Position numbers and translations under genes: made by a program. The notes beneath the pieces are model-generated. The model searched no databases and was not told the DNA's origin. It saw nothing but the letters and a program-made list of their open reading frames with translations. Source: Candidatus Eiseniibacteriota bacterium (GTDB taxonomy: Bacteria > Orphanbacterota > Orphanbacteria > Orphanbacterales > Orphanbacteraceae). Taken from it: a stretch of DNA of 64,000 nt. The stretch covers positions 138,751 through 202,750 of the forward strand of contig JAJRWB010000014.1 in the NCBI GenBank assembly GCA_024276995.1, given 5' to 3'. Positions 28,619 through 38,019 of the stretch are shown here, piece after piece (the first letter of the stretch is position 1; every line of letters begins with the position of its first letter).

Positions 28619-28622
28619 GAAG

Positions 28623-29711
28623 ATGAAACTGCCCGAAACGATCGTTTGGACGGGCAAGTCGATCCGGCTGCTCGACCAGACGCTCCTTCCCGGCGCCGTG
28701 AAATACAGGGAATGCGCCACGCTCGAGGAGGCGGCGGAGGCGATCCGCTCCCTCCGGGTGAGGGGCGCCCCGGCGATCGGCGTCATGGCGGCGTACACCC
28801 TCGCCCTGGCGATCAGGCGGGACAATCCCCAATCGGCGGCGGCGTTCTTCGACTCGATGCGGCGAAATGTGGAAGCGATCGACGCCACGCGGCCGACGGC
28901 GCACAACCTCGCCTGGGCGCTCCGGCAATGCGCGGCGGTGGCGAAGCGAACGGGAAGCGACGATCCCGGGACGCTCTCCCGGGCGGTGATCGACGAAGCG
29001 GACCGTATCGCGGCGGAGGATCGCGAACTTTGCCGGCGGATCGGCGCGGCGGGATCGCCCCTCGTGCCGGACGGCGCCGGCGTGCTCACGCACTGCAACG
29101 CGGGCGCCCTCGCCACCGCCGGCATGGGAACGGCGCTTGCTCCGCTCTACATGGCGTGGGAGGAAGGAAGACGGTTCCACGTCTACGCCGACGAGACGCG
29201 GCCTCTCTGGCAGGGCGCCCGTCTCACGGCGTGGGAGCTTTCGCAGTCGGGGATCCCGGTGAGTGTGCTGTGCGACGGCGCCGCCGCGTCGCTGATCGCC
29301 TCGGGCAGGATCGACCTCGTCATCGTCGGCGCCGACCGGATCACGGCGTCGGGCGACGTGGCGAACAAGATCGGAACGTACGGCGTCGCCCTCGCAGCCG
29401 AGCGCCACGACGTACCGTTCTACGTAGCCGCCCCGCGATCGACGTTCGACCTTTCCCTTTCCGACGGCTCGTCGATCCCGATCGAACAACGTCCCCCCGG
29501 CGAGGTCACCGCCCCGCTCGGCACGCCTCTCGCGCCGGCCGGCGTGGAAGGATGGAACCCGGCGTTCGACGTCACCCCCGCGTCACTCGTCACGCGGTTC
29601 ATCACCGACGCCGGAGTGATCGCCCCCCCTTTCTACGAGACGATCGGCACGCTCTTTGGCGGAGAAGCGACCGGGGGGGGGGAGCGGGAAGGGGGAAATC
29701 GTCCCGGTTAA
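28623..29711 (+). CDS. mtnA: S-methyl-5-thioribose-1-phosphate isomerase (eIF-2B-like family)
   Basis: 362 aa with LLDQTLLPG, IRSLRVRGAPAIG, THCNAGALAT, GADRITASGDVANKIGTY and NPAFDVTP. Confidence 0.9.
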   Translation: MKLPETIVWTGKSIRLLDQTLLPGAVKYRECATLEEAAEAIRSLRVRGAPAIGVMAAYTLALAIRRDNPQSAAAFFDSMRRNVEAIDATRPTAHNLAWALRQCAAVAKRTGSDDPGTLSRAVIDEADRIAAEDRELCRRIGAAGSPLVPDGAGVLTHCNAGALATAGMGTALAPLYMAWEEGRRFHVYADETRPLWQGARLTAWELSQSGIPVSVLCDGAAASLIASGRIDLVIVGADRITASGDVANKIGTYGVALAAERHDVPFYVAAPRSTFDLSLSDGSSIPIEQRPPGEVTAPLGTPLAPAGVEGWNPAFDVTPASLVTRFITDAGVIAPPFYETIGTLFGGEATGGGEREGGNRPG

Positions 29712-29767
29712 AAGAGTTGCGCAATCGTCCCTCTCATTGTATGCTACGAAGTCGGCGGCGAAATCCG

Positions 29768-29795
29768 TTGACTTTCGCGTCGTTTGGCCTAGACT
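29768..29795 (+). promoter_or_regulatory. candidate promoter for rplM-rpsI
   Basis: TTGACT (29768-29773), a 16-nt spacer, then TAGACT (29790-29795). A second weaker candidate, TTGCGC-17-TATGCT, lies at 29717-29745. Confidence 0.45.
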
Positions 29796-29851
29796 GACTA
29801 TTTTGCCCGGACCGTCGGGTCCGTTTCGCTGGGAGAAGGAGGGCTAACGCC

Positions 29852-30280
29852 TTGAAAACGCAGATGTTCCGCCGAGAAGACATCGATCGGCGGTGGTATG
29901 TGGTCGACGCCGGAGAAGCGGTTCTCGGCCGTCTCGCCACAAGGGTGGCGGACCAACTACGCGGGAAGAACTCCCCGAAGTTCACGCCCCACGACGATGT
30001 CGGCGACTTCGTGATCGTCGTAAACGCGGAAAAGGTGATCACCACGGGCAACAAGGCGGCGGTGAAGTACTACCACAGCCACTCCGGGTTTCACGGCGGG
30101 GCGAAGCAGGTTTCGTACGAGGAGATGATCGAGCGTGCCCCCGAGCGTGTCATCATTCACGCCGTGAAGGGAATGCTCCCGAAGAACCGGCTCGGCCGGC
30201 GGCTTCTGAAGAAACTCTATGTCTACGCCGGACCGAAACACCCCCACGCGGCCCAAACACCGGAGCCGCTGACCGTCTGA
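29852..30280 (+). CDS. rplM: 50S ribosomal protein L13
   Basis: 142 aa with RRWYVVDA, a GRLA block, [19 protein letters not shown] and [11 protein letters not shown] start after GGAGAAGGAGGG. Confidence 0.96.
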   Translation: MKTQMFRREDIDRRWYVVDAGEAVLGRLATRVADQLRGKNSPKFTPHDDVGDFVIVVNAEKVITTGNKAAVKYYHSHSGFHGGAKQVSYEEMIERAPERVIIHAVKGMLPKNRLGRRLLKKLYVYAGPKHPHAAQTPEPLTV

Positions 30281-30321
30281 TTTCACCCCTCCCCGCGAGG
30301 GGAGAAGGAGGTAGAGAACCA

Positions 30322-30717
30322 TTGGAAAACGCGTTGTCCTATGACGCGACGGGTCGAAGGAAATCCGCGACCGCCCGTGTCCGTCTCATGCCGGGCAGCG
30401 GGAAGCGTTCCGTCAACGGCAGGCCGATGAATGCGTTCTTTCTCCGTCACGTGCTGCACCAGCTCGTGGAGGAGCCGTTCGTCGCCACCGGCCTCGCGGA
30501 GAATTACGACATGATCGCCACCGTTCGAGGCGGCGGCATGACCGGCCAGGCGGGGGCGATCCGTCTGGGCATCGCCCGAGCGCTCGTCAAGCTCGATGAA
30601 TCGAATCGCCGGCCCCTCCGTTCCGCGGGACTTCTCACCCGAGATCCGCGGGAGAAGGAACGGAAGAAGTACGGTCTCGCCGGCGCCCGCAAGCGCTACC
30701 AGTTCTCGAAGCGTTAA
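30322..30717 (+). CDS. rpsI: 30S ribosomal protein S9
   Basis: 131 aa from TTG 30322, with an RBS at GGAGAAGGAGG. It has [29 protein letters not shown] and a C-terminal [10 protein letters not shown]. Confidence 0.95.
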   Translation: MENALSYDATGRRKSATARVRLMPGSGKRSVNGRPMNAFFLRHVLHQLVEEPFVATGLAENYDMIATVRGGGMTGQAGAIRLGIARALVKLDESNRRPLRSAGLLTRDPREKERKKYGLAGARKRYQFSKR

Positions 30718-30822
30718 GCTTCATATTACACACGCCCTTCGATCCGGACCCGGGTCCCCGTTCGGGGCGGTTTCGGAGTGGAAGAGGGCGGAGGAACAAC
30801 CGTTCAGGAGGTACCACACCCC

Positions 30823-31590
30823 GTGAGTAAAGTAACGATCAACGACCTGCTCGAGGCGGGAGTCCACTTCGGACACCAGACGCGCAGGTGGAATCCGAAG
30901 ATGAAGCCGTACATCTTCATCGAAAGAAACGGCATCTACATCATCGATTTGAAGAAAACGCTCTCCTCCCTCGAACAGGCATGCCGGGAAGCGAGCCGCG
31001 TGGTTCGCGCGGGACGCTCCGTCCTCTTCGTCGGGACGAAGCGCCAGGCGAAGGAGATCGTCACCGAGTGCGCCGCCTCGTGCGGCATGCACTACGTGAA
31101 CGAGAGGTGGTTCGGCGGCATGCTCACCAACTTCCAGACGATCCGCAAGAGAGCCGATTACTACGAGAGTCTTCTCAAGATGAAGGAAGAGGGGAAGTTC
31201 AGTCTCTTCTCGAAGAAAGAGGCTCTCATCATGGATAAGAAAGCGGCGAAGCTCGAGAAGGTCTTCAAGGGCGTGTGCGACATGAGGGAGCTTCCGGGCA
31301 TCCTGTTCGTGGTGGACACGAGGAAGGAACATCTCGCCATACGCGAGGCGAACCGTCTCGGCATCCCGGTGATCGGCCTCGTCGACACGAACGCCGACCC
31401 CGATCCGATCGATTTTCCCATTCCCGGGAACGACGACGCCCTCCGGTCGATCAAGCTGATCGCCCAGACGATCACCGACACGGTGCTCGAAGCGCGCGAG
31501 GCTCTCGGCAAGGAGAAGAGCGAGGCCGCCGAGGGCGGCGACGAAACGGCGGGGGAAGTGGAGGCGGCGGCACCGACCTCCCCGGCGTAG
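30823..31590 (+). CDS. rpsB: 30S ribosomal protein S2
   Basis: LLEAGVHFGHQTRRWNPKM, ERWFGGMLTN and PVIGLVDTNADP are present. GTG 30823, preceded by CAGGAGG, is preferred over the upstream GTG 30778. Confidence 0.95.
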   Translation: MSKVTINDLLEAGVHFGHQTRRWNPKMKPYIFIERNGIYIIDLKKTLSSLEQACREASRVVRAGRSVLFVGTKRQAKEIVTECAASCGMHYVNERWFGGMLTNFQTIRKRADYYESLLKMKEEGKFSLFSKKEALIMDKKAAKLEKVFKGVCDMRELPGILFVVDTRKEHLAIREANRLGIPVIGLVDTNADPDPIDFPIPGNDDALRSIKLIAQTITDTVLEAREALGKEKSEAAEGGDETAGEVEAAAPTSPA

Positions 31591-31645
31591 CGACGCGTTC
31601 GAGCTTCATGGAAAATCGCAACGAACAGGATGAAAGGATCCGGTA

Positions 31646-32239
31646 ATGGGAATCAACGCGACACAGGTGAAATCCCTTCGGGATAAAACCGGTGCGGGCT
31701 TCATGGACTGCAAGAAGGCACTCAGCGAAACGGGGGGCGACGAAGAGAAGGCCCTCGAGATGCTCCGCAAGATGGGCGTCGCCTCGGCGGCGAAAAAGTC
31801 GGCGCGAACCGCCAACGAGGGGGTCGTCTTTTCCTATATCCATCCGGGGGCGAAGATCGGCGTTCTCCTGGAAGTGAACTGCGAGACCGATTTCGTGGCG
31901 AAGACGGACAACTTCCTGAACCTCGTCAAGGACGTGGCGATGCACGTGGCGGCCACCGACCCGATGGTCGTCCGCCGCGAGGAGATGCCGCCCGAGGCGA
32001 TCGAGAAGGAGAAGGATTTTCTCGTTTCCCAAGCGAGGGAGAGCGGCAAACCGGAGGCGGTGATCGAAAAGATGATCCAAGGCCGGCTCGACAAGTTCTA
32101 CGCCGAGAACGCCCTTCTCGAGCAGCCGTTCGTGAAGGATCCCAAGAAGACAGTGGGCGATCTGGTCACGGAGGGGATCGCGCAGCTCGGTGAGAATATC
32201 GTGGTGCGCCGGTTCGTGCGATTCCAGCTCGGGGCCTGA
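31646..32239 (+). CDS. tsf: translation elongation factor Ts
   Basis: 197 aa (short form) with VKSLRDKTGAGFMDCKKAL, the UBA-like N-terminus, and ETDFVAK. Confidence 0.95.
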   Translation: MGINATQVKSLRDKTGAGFMDCKKALSETGGDEEKALEMLRKMGVASAAKKSARTANEGVVFSYIHPGAKIGVLLEVNCETDFVAKTDNFLNLVKDVAMHVAATDPMVVRREEMPPEAIEKEKDFLVSQARESGKPEAVIEKMIQGRLDKFYAENALLEQPFVKDPKKTVGDLVTEGIAQLGENIVVRRFVRFQLGA

Positions 32240-32255
32240 AACGGGAGCGTGAGCT

Positions 32256-32972
32256 GTGGCGGACCGATACGGTAGAATCATACTGAAGATGTCGGGCGAG
32301 GCGCTGGGGGGACCGGCGAGGAGCGGCATCGACGGTGCCGCGGTTTCGGCGCTCGCCGAGTCGCTGGGGGGCGCGCGCGCATCGGGTGTGCAGATCGGCG
32401 TCGTCGTCGGCGGCGGCAACATGCTGCGAGGGCGGAGCGACCGGTGGGAGGGGATGGAGCGAACCACCGTCGATCAGATGGGTATGCTCGCTACGTGCAT
32501 CAACGTCCTCGCGTTGCGCGAGGCGCTTCATGCGATCGATATTCCCGCGACCGTTTTTTCCGCCATCGATGTGAGAAGCGTTCTCGATCCGTACTCGACC
32601 GCCGCGGCGAACGCCGCCCTCGAAAGGGGAGACGTCGTCCTTTTCGCCGGGGGGACGGGCAACCCGTTCTTTTCCACCGACAGCGCCGCCGCGCTGCGGT
32701 CGTGCGAGCTGAAGGCGGATGCCCTCCTGAAAGGGACACGCGTCGACGGGGTCTACGACGAAGATCCGGAAAGATCTTCGACGGCAACGCGATTCGAATC
32801 AATCCGTTATCAGGATGTTATCGAGAAAGACCTGAAAGTGATGGACCTCACCGCTTTCGCCCTTTGCCGGGAGAACGGGATCCCCGTGATCGTCTTCAAG
32901 CTCGAGGGAGACAACCTCGCCCGTGTCCTCCGGGGGGAAGAAGTCGGAACAACGGTAAAGGAGACGATCTGA
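32256..32972 (+). CDS. pyrH: UMP kinase
   Basis: 238 aa with ILKMSGEAL, VVGGGN, FAGGTGNPFFSTDSAAALR and GVYDEDP. Confidence 0.95.
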   Translation: MADRYGRIILKMSGEALGGPARSGIDGAAVSALAESLGGARASGVQIGVVVGGGNMLRGRSDRWEGMERTTVDQMGMLATCINVLALREALHAIDIPATVFSAIDVRSVLDPYSTAAANAALERGDVVLFAGGTGNPFFSTDSAAALRSCELKADALLKGTRVDGVYDEDPERSSTATRFESIRYQDVIEKDLKVMDLTAFALCRENGIPVIVFKLEGDNLARVLRGEEVGTTVKETI

Positions 32973-33533
32973 ATGTCATCCGAAGCACTGCTGGCCGGCA
33001 CCGAGGAGAAGATGCGCAAGACGGTGGAGAGCCTGTCGAGGGAGCTCGCCGGAATCCGTACGGGCAAGGCGAACCCGAACCTGCTCGACCCGATCCGGGT
33101 GGACTATTACGGGACGCCGACGCCGCTGCGACAGCTGGCGAACGTATCGGCGCCCGAGCCGCGGCTGATGGTGATCCAGCCGTTCGATAGGACGGCCATC
33201 GCCGATATCGAAAAGGGGATCCAGAAATCGTCCCTCGGGTTGAACCCGTCGAACGACGGCAACGTGATCCGGATCCCGATCCCGGCGCTCACCGAGGAGC
33301 GGCGCAAGGAGCTGAGCAAGCTCGTGAAGAAGATCGGCGAGACGAGCAAAGTGGCGGTGCGCAACATCCGCCGGGATGCGAACAACGATTTGAAGAAGAT
33401 GGAGAAGGAAGGGAAGCTCCGCGAGGACGAATCGGGGATGGACCAGAAAGAGGTCCAGAATTTGACCGACAAGTACATCGCGGAGGTGGATAGGTTGGTG
33501 ACCCGGAAGGAGGCGGAAGTCCTGGAGGTGTAG
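32973..33533 (+). CDS. frr: ribosome recycling factor
   Basis: 186 aa with RTGKANPNLLD, PLTEERRKEL, VAVRNIRRDAN and a C-terminal KEAEVLEV. Confidence 0.96.
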   Translation: MSSEALLAGTEEKMRKTVESLSRELAGIRTGKANPNLLDPIRVDYYGTPTPLRQLANVSAPEPRLMVIQPFDRTAIADIEKGIQKSSLGLNPSNDGNVIRIPIPALTEERRKELSKLVKKIGETSKVAVRNIRRDANNDLKKMEKEGKLREDESGMDQKEVQNLTDKYIAEVDRLVTRKEAEVLEV

Positions 33534-33561
33534 TCTCTCCTCCCGGACCCGTGAAAGCAGC

Positions 33562-34335
33562 TTGGAAGAAGAACGCAGACCGGTCGAAGATCCCGTGGCG
33601 GAAATCCTGGCTCGCGGAAACGTCCCGCGCCATGTGGCGGTGATCATGGACGGGAACGGCCGCTGGGCGAACAGGCGTGACCTGCCACGCATCGCGGGAC
33701 ATCATGCGGCGATCGAGTCGGTGCGCGCTTCGGTGCGCGCCGCGTGCCGGGCGAAGCTCGAAGTACTCAGCCTTTTCACGTTTTCCATCGAGAACTGGGG
33801 GCGGCCGCTGAGCGAAGTCGACGCGCTGATGGCGCTCCTTGTGGAGACGATCCCGGACGAGGTCCCGGAACTGATGAAGAACAACGTTCGCCTCCACGTG
33901 GTCGGGCGATTGAACGATCTTCCCGCCGAGGTGCAGGCCACCCTCGAGCAGGCGTGCGAGGCGCTGTCGGGGAACTCGGGATTGAACCTGATCCTGGCGC
34001 TCTCCTACGGCGGCCAGGCGGAGATCGTCGATGCCGTCCGTGCCATCGCCGAGCGTGTCGCCGCGGGAGATCTCCGCCCCGCCGATATCGACGAGGACGT
34101 GATCCAGAGTATGCTTTACACGGCAAAGTTCCCGAATCCCGACCTCCTCATCCGAACGAGCGGGGAGAGGAGAATCTCCAATTTCTATCTCTGGCAGCTC
34201 GCCTACGCCGAGCTCTGGTTCACCCCGGTGCTCTGGCCGGATTTCCGCGGGGCACATCTCTATCGTGCCATCCTCGACTACCAGGAACGGGAACGCCGAT
34301 TCGGCGGAGTCACCGCCGCTTCGAGACAAGCGTAA
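33562..34335 (+). CDS. uppS: di-trans,poly-cis-undecaprenyl-diphosphate synthase
   Basis: 257 aa with PRHVAVIMDGNGRWA, FSIENWGRP, RTSGERRISNFYLWQLAYAEL and RFGG. TTG start. Confidence 0.94.
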   Translation: MEEERRPVEDPVAEILARGNVPRHVAVIMDGNGRWANRRDLPRIAGHHAAIESVRASVRAACRAKLEVLSLFTFSIENWGRPLSEVDALMALLVETIPDEVPELMKNNVRLHVVGRLNDLPAEVQATLEQACEALSGNSGLNLILALSYGGQAEIVDAVRAIAERVAAGDLRPADIDEDVIQSMLYTAKFPNPDLLIRTSGERRISNFYLWQLAYAELWFTPVLWPDFRGAHLYRAILDYQERERRFGGVTAASRQA

Positions 34336-35188
34336 CCGCCGGGAGGGCCTTTCTTTCCGGGTCCTCTCCGCGCTCCTCTTCCTCCCGCCGTTCATCCTGA
34401 TCACCCGCGCGGGATCGTATCCGTTCTCCCTGCTCGCCGGGGCGGTTTCCCTCCTCGCCACTTGGGAGCTCTACCGCCTCCTTTCCGCCGATGGGGTCGG
34501 CCCTCTCCTTCCCATGGGGCTCGCCGCGTCCGGGGCGGTCACCACCTTTCTGTTTTTCGGGCGCTATCAGGCGCTTCTTGTCACAGGGGCCGTCTTTATC
34601 GCCATCGTGCTCGTAGCGTTGTCGGCGATGAAAAGCCGCCGATTCATCCCTGCGACGACGGGCGCGGTGTTCGCCCTCCTTTACGGATCGCTTCTGCCCG
34701 GCCATCTCGTCCTGATCCGCGAGTTTCCGCGATCGAGCGGATCGGCGCTGCCGTACGGCGAGGGTGCCTCCCTCATCTTTCTCCTCTTCCTCATCGTGTG
34801 GGGGTGCGATACGGGGGCCTACTTCACAGGGCGCGCCTTCGGGCGAAGAAAACTCGCCCCCTCGATCAGCCCGGGAAAGACGGTGGAAGGGGCGGTTGGA
34901 GGAGTGGTCACAGCCGTGCTCGGCGCATGGGGGGGGGCGGCGTTCCTTCTTCCGGGCATGAGATCGGCGGACGTCCTCCTCCTCGGGACGAGCACGGCGC
35001 TCGTCGCCCAAACCGGCGATCTGGTGGAATCGCTTCTCAAGCGGCGCGCCCGGACGAAAGATTCCGGTGGCTGGATCCCGGGGCACGGCGGGGTTCTCGA
35101 TCGCTTCGACAGCCTGATTCTCGCCGCACCGTTTTTTTACTATTATATCCGTTTCTCCCCCTTCGGATGGCCCGGAGCGGCACGATGA
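34265..35188 (+). CDS. cdsA: phosphatidate cytidylyltransferase
   Basis: Multi-TM protein with the C-terminal signature KRRARTKDSGGWIPGHGGVLDRFDSL. The only canonical in-frame start is GTG 34265, which gives a 71-nt overlap with uppS. Confidence 0.85.
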   Translation: MPSSTTRNGNADSAESPPLRDKRNRREGLSFRVLSALLFLPPFILITRAGSYPFSLLAGAVSLLATWELYRLLSADGVGPLLPMGLAASGAVTTFLFFGRYQALLVTGAVFIAIVLVALSAMKSRRFIPATTGAVFALLYGSLLPGHLVLIREFPRSSGSALPYGEGASLIFLLFLIVWGCDTGAYFTGRAFGRRKLAPSISPGKTVEGAVGGVVTAVLGAWGGAAFLLPGMRSADVLLLGTSTALVAQTGDLVESLLKRRARTKDSGGWIPGHGGVLDRFDSLILAAPFFYYYIRFSPFGWPGAAR

Positions 35189-36378
35189 GCGTAACGACGA
35201 TCACCCTCCTCGGCTCCACCGGATCGATCGGGCGGAGCACCCTCGACGTGGTGAGGGACGATCCCCGCCGATTCCGCGTGGCGGCGCTCGGCGCGGGGGG
35301 AAATGATCTCGATACGCTCGAAAGACAGGTCCGGGAGTTCTCGCCGCGCCGGGTGGCGGTCGCCGGCGAAGCGGCGGCGGAGGAGTTGTCCCGCCGCCTC
35401 GGCCGCCGCCGACCGGAAGTGGCCGCCGGTCCGGATGCGATCGCCGCGCTCGCGGCGGACAACTCGTCCGATTGCCTCGTGAACGCCATCGTCGGTGCGG
35501 CGGGTCTTGGCTCGACCCTCGCGGCGATCGGCGCGGTGAAACGGATCTGCCTCGCCAACAAGGAAAGCCTCGTGGCGGCCGGCACCGTGGTGATGGACCG
35601 CATAGAGCGGGAGGGGACGGAGCTGATCCCGATCGACAGCGAACATTCCGCCCTCCACCAGTGTCTCGACGGGAGGAAGCGGGAGGGGATCGCCCGCCTC
35701 GTTCTTACCGCCTCGGGAGGGCCTTTTCGGAAGCTCTCCGCCGCGAGCATCGCTTCGGCGAGCGTCGGCGACGCCCTCGCCCACCCGACGTGGAAGATGG
35801 GGCGAAAAATCAGTATCGATTCGGCGACATTGATGAACAAGGGCCTCGAGGTGATCGAGGCGATGCATCTTTTCCGCTTCCCTGCCGATAGAATCGATGT
35901 GGTGATCCACCCCGAGAGCGTGATCCACTCGATGGTGGAGTTCAACGATGGATCGATCCTGGCACAGCTGGGTGAAACCGATATGAGACACCCCGTTCGA
36001 TACGCCCTCTCCTACCCGGAAAGGATGTCCGCGCGCGGGAGCTTCGACCTGACGGCCATGGGACCGCTCACCTTCGAGGCTGTCGACAAGAAACGTTTTC
36101 CCTGCCTCGCGATCGCCCTCGACGCCGCGAGGAAGGGCGGGACCGCGCCGGCGGTGATGAACGCGGCGAACGAGGTGGCGGTGGGGGCGTTTCTCGAAGA
36201 GACGATCCCTTTCGGCGCGATTCCGACTATAATCAGGGATACGCTGGGCGTCGTTCCCTTCATCGAATCGCCCACTCTCGACGATCTGCTCGGCGCGGAC
36301 CTCGCAGCGCGGGCCGAGGCGGATCGCCGGGTGAAGAACGGCGTCGAGGAAGAGGCGGTCCGCCGCCGGAAAGGATAG
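35185..36378 (+). CDS. dxr: 1-deoxy-D-xylulose-5-phosphate reductoisomerase
   Basis: 397 aa from ATG 35185 (ATGA overlap with cdsA). It has LLGSTGSIGRSTLDV, ANKESLV, PIDSEHSA and NKGLEVIEA. The upstream part of track ORF 34462-36378 is an out-of-frame reading of cdsA. Confidence 0.95.
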   Translation: MSVTTITLLGSTGSIGRSTLDVVRDDPRRFRVAALGAGGNDLDTLERQVREFSPRRVAVAGEAAAEELSRRLGRRRPEVAAGPDAIAALAADNSSDCLVNAIVGAAGLGSTLAAIGAVKRICLANKESLVAAGTVVMDRIEREGTELIPIDSEHSALHQCLDGRKREGIARLVLTASGGPFRKLSAASIASASVGDALAHPTWKMGRKISIDSATLMNKGLEVIEAMHLFRFPADRIDVVIHPESVIHSMVEFNDGSILAQLGETDMRHPVRYALSYPERMSARGSFDLTAMGPLTFEAVDKKRFPCLAIALDAARKGGTAPAVMNAANEVAVGAFLEETIPFGAIPTIIRDTLGVVPFIESPTLDDLLGADLAARAEADRRVKNGVEEEAVRRRKG

Positions 36379-36388
36379 ACGGCTCTTC

Positions 36389-37681
36389 ATGTTGACCTAT
36401 ATCTTCTCGTTCATCTTAGTCATCGGCGTCCTCGTCTTCTTCCACGAACTGGGGCATTTCCTCGTGGCGAAACGCTCCGGCATCCGGGTGGAAGCGTTCT
36501 CCATCGGTTTCGGCAAGCCGATCGTCGCGCTTCGTCGCGGCGACACGGAATACAGGGTTTCGTGGATCCCCTTCGGAGGGTATGTGAAGATGTCCGGCGA
36601 AGACCCGGAAGATTGCGAGGGGGACGAACCGTGGCGCTTCCATAAGAAGAGCGTGCCGGTGCGTTCGGCGGTGATACTCGCCGGACCTGTTGCGAACATC
36701 GTGCTGGCGGTTCTTCTGTATGCGCTGATCTTCCGCGTGTGGGGCGTTCCCGTGTCGGTGAGCGGCGAGATCGGGTACGTAGGACCCGGGACGCCCGCCG
36801 AAGAGGCGGGGCTTCGGGTGGGCGATACCGTCGTCGACGTCGACGGCATACCCGTATCGAACTTCGACGATCTCTTCGATCGAATCTCCGAGCGTGTCGG
36901 AACGGTCATACCCCTCGGCGTCGAGCGCGACGGCGAGCGGGTCACCGTGTCGCTCGACCTTCCACGCGGGGAGGCGGTCGGCATTCTCGAGGAGAGCGAA
37001 AGCCGCGTGGGGAGCGTGATCGCCGGCGGACCGGCCGACCGTCTCGGGCTGAAGCGGGGCGATACGATCACGGCGGTGAACGGGACGGCCGTTACGCGCT
37101 GGAGCGCCTTGAGATCGACCCTCGAAAAGGCCGTCGATGGGGAAGTGGAGATCCGCTGGACGAGAAACGGCGAGTCGATCACCGGCCGGGTGGCCCCCGA
37201 CGTGATCGAGGAGAAGGGGGTGGATGGAACGGTGAAGAAGATCGCGAAGCTCCAGATCAAGCCGTACCAGCCGATGAAGCGGCTCGGCACGGTGGAATCG
37301 GTGATTCAAGGGACGCAGAGGACGACTTTCGTGGTGCGCAGCGTCTTCGCCTTTCTCAAGGTCGTCTTCACGGGGCACGCTTCGAGGGAGATGGTGGGTG
37401 GGCCGGTGCAGATCTTCCAGGTATCGGGCCAGCAGGCGAAGGAAGGGTTCGACAAGCTGCTCCTCCTTATGGCGTTCCTTTCCGTGCAACTCGGCATCCT
37501 GAACCTGCTGCCGATCCCGGTGCTCGACGGGGGACACATGGTATTCCTCGCCGCCGAGGCGATCCGCCGCAAGCCGCTGTCGATCAACCAGCGCGCTCTC
37601 TTGCAACAGATCGGGCTGATCGTGATCCTCGGCCTCATGGCGACGGTCACCGTTTTCGACGTGGGGAGGCTCCTACCCTGA
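36389..37681 (+). CDS. rseP: site-2 (RIP) zinc metalloprotease RseP/RasP
   Basis: 430 aa with HELGHFLVAK (the HExxH motif), two PDZ-like segments and NLLPIPVLDGGH. Confidence 0.93.
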   Translation: MLTYIFSFILVIGVLVFFHELGHFLVAKRSGIRVEAFSIGFGKPIVALRRGDTEYRVSWIPFGGYVKMSGEDPEDCEGDEPWRFHKKSVPVRSAVILAGPVANIVLAVLLYALIFRVWGVPVSVSGEIGYVGPGTPAEEAGLRVGDTVVDVDGIPVSNFDDLFDRISERVGTVIPLGVERDGERVTVSLDLPRGEAVGILEESESRVGSVIAGGPADRLGLKRGDTITAVNGTAVTRWSALRSTLEKAVDGEVEIRWTRNGESITGRVAPDVIEEKGVDGTVKKIAKLQIKPYQPMKRLGTVESVIQGTQRTTFVVRSVFAFLKVVFTGHASREMVGGPVQIFQVSGQQAKEGFDKLLLLMAFLSVQLGILNLLPIPVLDGGHMVFLAAEAIRRKPLSINQRALLQQIGLIVILGLMATVTVFDVGRLLP

Positions 37682-37689
37682 AAAGGTGA

Positions 37690-37968
37690 TCAGTGGATGA
37701 GCGAAGCGAGGGAGTCGATCCGTGCGCTCCAGCATTCCGGATCGGAGATCATCTCCTCCACGAGAAGCGATTCCACCACGTCCTCTCCTCCGAGGGAGTC
37801 GATCGTTCTCGCCAGCGCCGACCTCTTCTCGGCGTCCCCTTCCCGGCCGGGAACGCCGAGTTCGATCAAGGCGCCGTAGACCGTTTCGAGCCGGTCGCTC
37901 TGCGGCTCATTCCCCTGTCCGCACGAGAGGATGAGCGCGGTGAGGATACCTGCCAGAATTCTTTTCAC
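37690..37968 (-). CDS. small putative lipoprotein (93 aa), unknown function
   Basis: The minus-strand ORF is trimmed to GTG (complement of 37966-37968), which is preceded by an AGGGG-type RBS. The N-terminus VKRILAGILTALILSCGQG has a lipobox (L-S-C). Apart from the edge fragment, it is the only complete minus-strand gene. The longer track ORF (to 38193) would run into bamA. Confidence 0.5.
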   Translation of the reverse strand: MKRILAGILTALILSCGQGNEPQSDRLETVYGALIELGVPGREGDAEKRSALARTIDSLGGEDVVESLLVEEMISDPECWSARIDSLASLIH

Positions 37969-38019
37969 GCTGATTCGCCCCTGTTCCGATTTACACGCCA
38001 TTATGATATCTGTGGAACC

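Noticed and set aside
29673-29682. Homopolymeric G tracts: G10 at 29673-29682 in the mtnA 3' end, G9 at 63943-63951 in the epimerase, and G8 near 49226 in gatB. These were considered as possible phase-variation switches
   Set aside because: They encode in-frame Gly runs in housekeeping genes of a GC-rich genome, are not in promoter or 5' coding positions, and nothing suggests contingency-locus behaviour. They are, however, plausible sequencing-error hotspots.
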